Below are positions 57,308 through 64,000 of a stretch of 64,000 nucleotides of DNA, piece by piece. Where the stretch lies: NCBI GenBank assembly GCA_963609615.1, contig CAVDKC010000003.1, positions 2,782 to 66,781 of the forward strand. Reading direction: 5' to 3'. Every line of letters begins with the position of its first letter. The stretch's first letter is position 1. The stretch comes from Oribacterium sp. Lineage in GTDB: Bacteria; Bacteroidota; Bacteroidia; Bacteroidales; Bacteroidaceae. The position numbers and the translations under genes are program-made. Below the pieces are notes generated by a model. It had not been told where the DNA came from. It saw only the letters and a list, made by a program, of their open reading frames with translations, and did not search any database.

Positions 57308-58111
57308 TTATTGTAACTTATATATCTCACTTGGAGTCTTGCGTTTCAATACTTCCAAAAGAAAATCCTTGCCTGGCACGATACCCTTGCTACGCAATAT
57401 CTGTTCTACCGTCTTGCGAGCCAGCTCGGGGTGATTATTCTCCTCACTGAGATGGCAGAGCCATACATGGCGAAGATTCGGTGTAGCATACTCAGCCAAA
57501 GCCTCAGCGCACGCATCATTACTCAGATGTCCGTTCGGTCCTAGGATGCGTTCCTTCAAATACTGAGGATAAGGTCCTTGCTGAAGCATTTCCACACTAT
57601 GGTTAGCCTCTAATACGAGATAATTGGAACGACTGATAAAATCATGCATCTCTTCAGTAATGTGCCCCACATCTGTGATAAGACAGAAAGCTATGCCCTC
57701 ACACTCCACAAAATAGCCTACATTGTCTGTACTGTCGTGAGGCACCCCGAAAGGAGTCACATTAAACTCCCCCACCACAAAGGCCGTGCCTTTCTCTATT
57801 ACATGAGCCAAATTGGGCATAACCTTTTTTCGAACGCAATAATTGCGCTCGATACCCTGGTGAACTTTACGGGTCGTGTATACTGGTAGGTGATAGTCTG
57901 TACTCAGACACCCCACCGACTTCACATGGTCAGCGTGGTCATGCGTGATGAGGATGTGATGCACATCCTCGAAGCGAAGTCCATAGTTATGGAAATGCTT
58001 CTTCAATGTTCTGATACCTACTCCTACGTCTATCAATATCGAATCCGTCTCAGTGAAAAGGTAGTAGCAATTACCACTGCTTCCACTGCCAAAGGATATA
58101 AATCTTAGCAT
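57308..58111 (-). CDS. Metallo-beta-lactamase-fold hydrolase (YycJ/WalJ-like)
   Basis: GSGSSGN, THDHADH, PHD, LEANH, GHLSN, HLSEENN. Confidence 0.9.
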   Translation of the reverse strand: MLRFISFGSGSSGNCYYLFTETDSILIDVGVGIRTLKKHFHNYGLRFEDVHHILITHDHADHVKSVGCLSTDYHLPVYTTRKVHQGIERNYCVRKKVMPNLAHVIEKGTAFVVGEFNVTPFGVPHDSTDNVGYFVECEGIAFCLITDVGHITEEMHDFISRSNYLVLEANHSVEMLQQGPYPQYLKERILGPNGHLSNDACAEALAEYATPNLRHVWLCHLSEENNHPELARKTVEQILRSKGIVPGKDFLLEVLKRKTPSEIYKLQ

Positions 58112-58130
58112 TTTAATTGTTATTTTACTG

Positions 58131-58178
58131 CAAAATTAGCAAAAAAGATTCTTATTACAAAGTTTTTTACTATCTTTG
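58131..58178. promoter_or_regulatory. Divergent promoters MBL hydrolase / lipoprotein
   Basis: TAATTTTG on minus (58131-58138) and TATCTTTG on plus (58171-58178). Confidence 0.72.
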
Positions 58179-58223
58179 TGCCGAAAATAAGCAAATAAAT
58201 AGAATTTTTAAGAATTAGAAATC

Positions 58224-58733
58224 ATGTTCAAGAAGCCTATAATGAGCATTTCTATAGCCGTACTTCTCATTGCCCCAAGCATTTACGCATTGACAGGATG
58301 CCTACCTCACAAAGGTAGCGAAGACCAGCTGAAAAACGATGCCGACTCGTTTGCTACCTATTATTATAATTGGCATTTCCCCGAAGCTATCAAATATTGC
58401 ACTCCCGAATCAGAACGTTGGCTTCGCTATGCTGCCAGCAATGTGCACGAAGCAGACATCATGCTACTGCGACAAAAAGCAGAAGATGCTACTATTGAAA
58501 TCAAAGATATAGACTTTGCCGATGACGGAAAGAGTGCCTATGTCACCCTCTCTGTCTACAATTTTCTACAAATGGATACCATAGGGCAAGCAGCTCATCT
58601 CGTAGAACAAGCAGACTTGCAACTTCCTATGGAATTACACGAAGGTATATGGAAAGCCAAACTAACCTCATCTAAAATGGTAGACCTACGGCAAAATGAA
58701 AGGCAAAATCACGGCTCAACTTCGGATGAATGA
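58224..58733 (+). CDS. Hypothetical lipoprotein
   Basis: Lipobox LTGC; own -7 promoter at 58171; 3' end overlaps the convergent gene. Confidence 0.65.
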   Translation: MFKKPIMSISIAVLLIAPSIYALTGCLPHKGSEDQLKNDADSFATYYYNWHFPEAIKYCTPESERWLRYAASNVHEADIMLLRQKAEDATIEIKDIDFADDGKSAYVTLSVYNFLQMDTIGQAAHLVEQADLQLPMELHEGIWKAKLTSSKMVDLRQNERQNHGSTSDE

Positions 58734-60849
58734 CAGCCCAATGCTCCTCCTCGGTCTCATAGGCTGGGTTGATAGCCTTCATACCCATGTCGAAACGAAG
58801 GATGAAATAATCAAAATTGAGTCGGACACCCAATCCGTACGCCACAGCTATCTGCTTGTAGAACTCATTGATCTTAAACTGTCCACCAGACTGGTCGACA
58901 TAATTGCGAAGAGTCCAGATATTGCCCGCATCAACAAAAAGCGCTCCCTGAAATTTCCAGAAAAGAGACGTACGGTACTCGGCATTCATATCAAGCTTAA
59001 GGTCGCCAGTCTGATTGATAAAGTCGATTCTACCGTCTGTACCCTTAAACTTACCTGGTCCCAGTTCTCGCACTCCCCATCCACGCACAGAGTTGGCTCC
59101 ACCTGCAAAATAACGTTTTTCGAAAGGGAGTATCGTACTGTTGCCGTAAGGATAAGCCATTCCAAAGCCTGCATGAAGAGCTAGGGCATTACGCTTATCA
59201 AACTGCATCAGATGAGTATAGTCGAAGTCTAACTTGGCATACTGCGCATACGCAATATTAAACAGGGTGTGCTGCCCCTCAGCATTAGTCTTGAATCCCA
59301 ATACTTTAGATACTCCGTTGAGCAAATTTCCAGAAGACTCTACATTCAGTCGGAAAGCATCCACCCCATCACTATAGCTCAATCCGAATCCCATCTTCAT
59401 GATGAAGAGATCTTCGTAATTATAGCGCAAGATGGCATTGCGATTGTCAGCATTGTCAAGATAGTCACGCTTGAAAGTAGTTGAAATCCAAGGCATATAG
59501 ACATAGTTGAGATCCAACAGGTCAAAACGCCAAACCAGATGATGGCGTGGTTCTGTCCAGCGGTAACGCCAGGCTGTAGAGAAGACTCGACGATGAAATT
59601 CCGGTCGATTCTGCAAATCCCAACTTACCGACAACTCACTACTGGCCGTCTGTCTACGTCGGAAAGTCTTGGAGAGAAATGGTGCCACAAAACTAGGGAA
59701 GATTAACTTGCTTTCTATAGAATACTCAGTATAGTTTTGGTCTTGATACCCCTCTAGTCCCGTAATCGCCTCATAAGCTCCACGCAGTTCGATGCTCAGC
59801 TGCTCGCTCCCCCTGAAGAGATTACGATTCGTATAAGTGAGGGAAGCAGCCGCACCCAAATCGCCGGCCGTATTAGTGCCCTCAGGCTGGAAGGCAATGG
59901 TAGACGGCTTGTTGGTGCTTATCTGAATATTGCAGTCTAGCAACCGATTACGAAAGTTCTCACCCGCAGAACCTGCAACCACATTACTGTCAGCCACTTC
60001 CGAGAATCGGATATTGGTATACTTCACCGCTTGAAGACGGGCAAAATTATTATAAGTGCGCTGCAATGCCGATACACTATAAGGTTGTCCTTCCTTCAGA
60101 GCGGTGGCATTGAGCAGTACCTGTCTGCGCAAATGGATACGATTACTGTCGTTGCTAAGGAAATTGATGTTACGCATCTCATAGCGCGGATGCAGCGTCT
60201 CAGGAGCATTTGCGCTAGCCTGGTACTTCATGAGATGCAGGGTCACTGCAACATCCTTCTTACCGGTTATCGTATCGGCAGAAAACTTGATGAAGTCTTT
60301 ATGAAAACGATAATAGCCATCATCAGCCAAAAGACTGGCTATTCGCTTACGCTCATTGTCAAGAGCCTCTACAGTAAACCGCATTCCTGGCTTCAACTGC
60401 TGATTTTCCCTACTGTCCAGACGCAAGACACTCTGCACATTCTCATCCTCGATGTCGTACTCCACCTTACCTATCAAAAAAGGCTCTCCCGGATGCAGCA
60501 TATACACTGCATCGAGCTTTTTGCCCCTCTTTGTTGTATAAAGTGACACGCCAGCATGCATAAATCCTTGGTTTTGCATCGCTGTGAGCAGGTCTTGGCA
60601 GCTCAACTTGGCCTGCAAGGAGTCATAGACAAGAGGCTTCCTGCTGAACGGATTCTTGAAAAGAGAGAAAAGCTTCGGCTTCTCCTTTTGGCGCACATAC
60701 TGCTGGAGCGAACCCGCATCATAATCTGCCGAATCGCTCTTCACCTCCACCTTATTTAATATGTACTCCCCTTCTGGCACGTACTTGCCAGCCGAGCAAG
60801 CACCTAGCACTACCGGTAAAGAGAGCATGCAAATCTTCTTCAATCTCAA
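58672..60849 (-). CDS. Omp85/TamA-family outer-membrane lipoprotein (TamL-like)
   Basis: Lipobox LGAC, POTRA region, GGANSVRGW, C-terminal FAVGLPF beta signal. Confidence 0.88.
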   Translation of the reverse strand: MRLKKICMLSLPVVLGACSAGKYVPEGEYILNKVEVKSDSADYDAGSLQQYVRQKEKPKLFSLFKNPFSRKPLVYDSLQAKLSCQDLLTAMQNQGFMHAGVSLYTTKRGKKLDAVYMLHPGEPFLIGKVEYDIEDENVQSVLRLDSRENQQLKPGMRFTVEALDNERKRIASLLADDGYYRFHKDFIKFSADTITGKKDVAVTLHLMKYQASANAPETLHPRYEMRNINFLSNDSNRIHLRRQVLLNATALKEGQPYSVSALQRTYNNFARLQAVKYTNIRFSEVADSNVVAGSAGENFRNRLLDCNIQISTNKPSTIAFQPEGTNTAGDLGAAASLTYTNRNLFRGSEQLSIELRGAYEAITGLEGYQDQNYTEYSIESKLIFPSFVAPFLSKTFRRRQTASSELSVSWDLQNRPEFHRRVFSTAWRYRWTEPRHHLVWRFDLLDLNYVYMPWISTTFKRDYLDNADNRNAILRYNYEDLFIMKMGFGLSYSDGVDAFRLNVESSGNLLNGVSKVLGFKTNAEGQHTLFNIAYAQYAKLDFDYTHLMQFDKRNALALHAGFGMAYPYGNSTILPFEKRYFAGGANSVRGWGVRELGPGKFKGTDGRIDFINQTGDLKLDMNAEYRTSLFWKFQGALFVDAGNIWTLRNYVDQSGGQFKINEFYKQIAVAYGLGVRLNFDYFILRFDMGMKAINPAYETEEEHWAVIHPKLSRDFAFHFAVGLPF

Positions 60850-60870
60850 AATATCTTGGTTTTAGAATTG

Positions 60871-60951
60871 CAAAGATAATGTAAATAGAAGAAAAAACAA
60901 AATATTTTAGCATTAATTATTTTGTGTTGTCTGCAAATTGTGCTACCTTTG
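60871..60951. promoter_or_regulatory. Divergent promoters tamL-like / trmH-like
   Basis: TATCTTTG on minus (60871-60878) and TACCTTTG on plus (60944-60951). Confidence 0.72.
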
Positions 60952-60972
60952 CATCGTTTAATGACTATAAAG

Positions 60973-61770
60973 ATGATTAGCAAGAATAAGATAAAGTATA
61001 TCCATTCGCTCGAACTGAAGAAAAACCGCAACAAGGAAGGCAAGTTCGTAGCCGAAGGCCATAAAGTGGTAGGTGACTTACTAGCACTGCAAACCGCCGA
61101 CCTCATCGTTGCTACCCCCGACTGGCTCCAAGGCAAGCACTTCGGAACGGAGACGGAGGTCATAGAGGTTACGGAAGAAGAACTGAAGAAAGTAAGTTTC
61201 TTGCAGCACCCTCAGCAGGTTCTCGCCGTTTTCAGACAGGAGCCGTATGCCCCTAAAGGCAATACAGACGAACCACTTCACCTGGGATACGACCTCAACC
61301 ACTTCAATGCCAACGAACTGAGCCTTGCCCTTGATGGCGTACAAGACCCGGGCAACCTGGGCACCATCATCCGCATAGCCGACTGGTTTGGCATCAGCCA
61401 CATATACTGTAGCGAAGACACCGCCGACGTGTACAACCCCAAGGTAGTACAAGCCACCATGGGTAGCATTGCCAGGGTAAAAGTGGAGTACGGAGACTTA
61501 CCGGGGCTGATAGATTCACTGCCTGACGGTATCCCTGTATACGGTACGCTCCTCGATGGAGACAACATCTATGAACAGCCATTGGAAAACAGAGGCATCA
61601 TCGTGATGGGCAACGAGGGAAAGGGTATCTCCCCTACTCTTGCCAAGAGAGTGAACCACAGACTGCTCATCCCTAACTTCCCCGAGGGAAGGGCTACTGC
61701 CGACAGCCTCAATGTGGCGATAGCCACAGCTATCACTTGCTCAGAATTCAGAAGACAATGTAAATCATAA
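60973..61770 (+). CDS. TrmH/SpoU-family RNA methyltransferase
   Basis: FVAEG, QDPGNLGTIIR, MGNEGKG, SLNVA; start ATG 60973 or 60961, downstream of the promoter at 60944. Confidence 0.92.
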   Translation: MISKNKIKYIHSLELKKNRNKEGKFVAEGHKVVGDLLALQTADLIVATPDWLQGKHFGTETEVIEVTEEELKKVSFLQHPQQVLAVFRQEPYAPKGNTDEPLHLGYDLNHFNANELSLALDGVQDPGNLGTIIRIADWFGISHIYCSEDTADVYNPKVVQATMGSIARVKVEYGDLPGLIDSLPDGIPVYGTLLDGDNIYEQPLENRGIIVMGNEGKGISPTLAKRVNHRLLIPNFPEGRATADSLNVAIATAITCSEFRRQCKS

Positions 61771-62477
61771 TGTTAGAGAAAACTATGGTAATAACCGATT
61801 TATCTAAAGTACGCAGCATGACAGCCTGTATGAAAGCCTCATATCAAGCCATGACCTGCGACATACGAAAGACTGCCAAACAGACATGGATTACCCATGT
61901 ACCCTTTGCCATCCTTCTCACCATCGTATTCTACTTTCTCTTGCCCAACAAGTCGCTGCACGACTGGGGAGAGCTAAATCCTTTGAGTTCGTTCATCCTG
62001 CAGTCTGCCGTCTATCTAGCCACCATCGTCATGGCAATAGTGGCATTCGTTTACACTTTGCCGGTCAAGCAAATACGCCAGACAGGTACGCAGCAAAAGA
62101 GAAAGCTGATGGCATTACGTGTTCTCCGCCACTTCGGAGGATTCCTGCTTACGGCATTTCTCGGTATCATGATACTATGCATGGTGACTATCGTTGCCGC
62201 CTTGCCATCCATCATTATCACCATTGCCCAACTCTACTCGCAGCTAGGGGCACTGGAAGGCGACCCTCTGGGCGTGCCATCCTACTTTACCCTTCTGCTG
62301 TTTGTCGTCTTTTTTATCACTAGCCTACTCTTGGTATACGCATTGACATGGCTTGGCATCACCTTCGCCTACCAATACTCCTCTTACAAGATACAGGACG
62401 AAGAGAGACTGAAAATGAAGGAAAGCCAAAGAGAGGCCGATACTGAAACAGAAAAACATCCATCATATTTAACATAA
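61770..62477 (+). CDS. Hypothetical membrane protein
   Basis: 4-5 hydrophobic segments, GDPLGVP motif; start overlaps the upstream stop (TAATG). Confidence 0.65.
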   Translation: MLEKTMVITDLSKVRSMTACMKASYQAMTCDIRKTAKQTWITHVPFAILLTIVFYFLLPNKSLHDWGELNPLSSFILQSAVYLATIVMAIVAFVYTLPVKQIRQTGTQQKRKLMALRVLRHFGGFLLTAFLGIMILCMVTIVAALPSIIITIAQLYSQLGALEGDPLGVPSYFTLLLFVVFFITSLLLVYALTWLGITFAYQYSSYKIQDEERLKMKESQREADTETEKHPSYLT

Positions 62478-62485
62478 ATATTATC

Positions 62486-63562
62486 ATGCAACAGACTAGA
62501 GTATTATTCATCGACCGTGACGGAACCCTCATCCAAGAGCCCGAGGACGAACAGATAGACAGCTTCGACAAACTGGTCTTCACCAAGGGAGTATTCCGCA
62601 ATCTGGCATTCATCGCCCAACATACCGACTACCAGCTCGTGATGGTAAGCAACCAAGACGGACTAGGCACAGACTCATTCCCCGAAGACACATTCTGGCC
62701 TGTACACCACTTCATCATACAGACCCTGGAGAGTGAGGGCATCCACTTCGACAAGCAACATATCGACCGCCACTTCCCGGAAGACCACTCGCCTATGCGC
62801 AAGCCAGGCACTGGCATGCTGACAGAATACATCGACAACCCTCAGTACGACTTGGCCCACAGCTATGTGATAGGCGACAGAGAGAGCGATGCCGAACTCG
62901 CCAGGAACCTGGGCTGCCAAAGCCTCATCTTGGGCAAAGACGGTATGGACTGGGACAAGATAGCCGAGATACTCTTCGCCGGCGACCGCATCGCCGAGGT
63001 GAAGCGCACCACCAAGGAAACCGACATCTATATCAAGGTAAACCTAGACGGAAGCGGCAAGTGCGACATCTCGACAGGTCTCGGTTTCTTCGACCACATG
63101 CTGGAGCAGATAGGCAAGCACGGCATGATAGACCTCACTATCCATACCAAGGGCGACCTCTACGTGGACGAGCACCATACTATCGAGGACACGGGTATTG
63201 CCCTAGGCGAATGCCTGCTCCAGGCGTTGGGCTCCAAGCGTGGCATCGAGCGATATGGTTATTGTTTGCCTATGGACGACTGTCTCTGCCAAGTGGCATT
63301 AGATTTCGGAGGCCGTCCATGGCTCATCTGGGACGCCGAGTTCCATCGTGAGAAGGTGGGCGAAATGCCTACAGAAATGTTCAAGCACTTTTTCAAGAGC
63401 CTCAGCGATGCCGCCAAGATGAATCTCTGCATCAAGGCAGAGGGAGAGAACGAGCACCACAAGATAGAAGGTATCTTCAAGGCTCTTGCCCGTTCGCTGA
63501 AAATGGCGGTAAAGAGAGACATCTACCACTTCGAGTTACCCAGCTCGAAGGGTATGCTATAA
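62486..63562 (+). CDS. hisB: Bifunctional histidinol-phosphatase / IGP dehydratase
   Basis: [43 protein letters not shown]. Confidence 0.96.
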   Translation: MQQTRVLFIDRDGTLIQEPEDEQIDSFDKLVFTKGVFRNLAFIAQHTDYQLVMVSNQDGLGTDSFPEDTFWPVHHFIIQTLESEGIHFDKQHIDRHFPEDHSPMRKPGTGMLTEYIDNPQYDLAHSYVIGDRESDAELARNLGCQSLILGKDGMDWDKIAEILFAGDRIAEVKRTTKETDIYIKVNLDGSGKCDISTGLGFFDHMLEQIGKHGMIDLTIHTKGDLYVDEHHTIEDTGIALGECLLQALGSKRGIERYGYCLPMDDCLCQVALDFGGRPWLIWDAEFHREKVGEMPTEMFKHFFKSLSDAAKMNLCIKAEGENEHHKIEGIFKALARSLKMAVKRDIYHFELPSSKGML

Positions 63563-63567
63563 GAAGT

Positions 63568-63609
63568 ATAAAATCCTGCTTTTCTGTATTCTGAAAAGCA
63601 GGATTTTAT
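63568..63609. terminator. Terminator after hisB, 17-bp perfect stem
   Basis: ATAAAATCCTGCTTTTC / GAAAAGCAGGATTTTAT. Confidence 0.85.
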
Positions 63610-63740
63610 GGAGAGACATCAAGACGCTCCGCTTGGCACTCACGTCTTTGTTTCCGTCAGTCTCTTCCTCCTTGCCCTCTGCATCGCTTGGGCATCTTAC
63701 AAGGTCTATGATGTTCCTGTGAGGGCCTACTTTACGCCGC
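63608..63740 (+). pseudogene. Probable C-terminal remnant of an acyltransferase-3 (OafA-like) gene
   Basis: ..THVFVSVSLFLLALCIAWASYKVYDVPVR resembles the last membrane helix and S/YxxxE/DxP motif of AT3 acyltransferases; begins inside a terminator with no upstream gene body. Confidence 0.45.
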
Positions 63741-63804
63741 TGATGGAGGATGCGATTTTTTATTACATGGGCGAGCCCGACGCATTGCCTGTATTCAAGC
63801 GGCA

Positions 63805-63903
63805 TACCCCACTTTGAAAATTACTACGGCAGAAAAAACTTTTTTCCTCGGCAGGCAGATATTTTTTTCTCGGCAGGGAGAGCCGTCTCCCTGCCGTAGC
63901 AGT
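63805..63903. repeat. Dispersed intergenic element, copy 2: (C/T)(T/A)CGGCAG boxes at 22-bp period
   Basis: TACGGCAG 63825, CTCGGCAG 63847 and 63869, inverted CTGCCGTA 63891; 11-bp hairpin 63871-63896. Confidence 0.9.
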
Positions 63904-63924
63904 GTTATGTGGGAAGAAAAATAT

Positions 63925-64000
63925 TTACAGTACACCTTGCTCAAAGCATTTTTTGCAGGTGTCCCGGTTAAAGCAAATGTTGGTCTTGTTGTGCTTAAGT
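63925..64000 (-). CDS. Possible 3' end of a gene entering from beyond the window
   Basis: Open minus frame ..LKHNKTNICFNRDTCKKCFEQGVL* ends at TAA 63925-63927; too short to verify. Confidence 0.25.
   Translation of the reverse strand, partial: LKHNKTNICFNRDTCKKCFEQGVL

Overview
Core-chromosome segment of a Bacteroidota bacterium, most likely Prevotellaceae (Prevotella/Segatella-like). This rests on gene content, gene order and many TAnnTTTG (-7) promoter boxes. It holds an L-arabinose/pentose operon (SSS transporter, NrtR-type AraR, araDAB, GH51, tkt, rpiB, secreted YhcH-like protein), metA, pepO, an ABC-F, queA, a complete moxR-DUF58-bat operon with a BatD-BatE fusion, panB, queC, radA and pgk. 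It also holds an AspT/YidE transporter beside an Na+-pumping decarboxylase module with no alpha subunit, rmlC, hisHAF(IE)-ftsE-lysC-lysA, two degenerate glycosyltransferases, a TamA/BamA-family lipoprotein, a TrmH-type methylase and hisB. I found no rRNA, tRNA, CRISPR array, transposase or phage gene. The most unusual signals are non-coding. (1) A ~90-bp element built from CTCGGCAG boxes at an exact 22-bp period occurs twice, 42 kb apart (64/70 nt identical). (2) Several intergenic palindromes are built from 7-bp tandem units that contain stop triplets and sit on or just after gene stops. (3) A multi-hairpin structure lies between araB and the GH51 gene. All product calls are from motif recognition by eye; no database searches were run.
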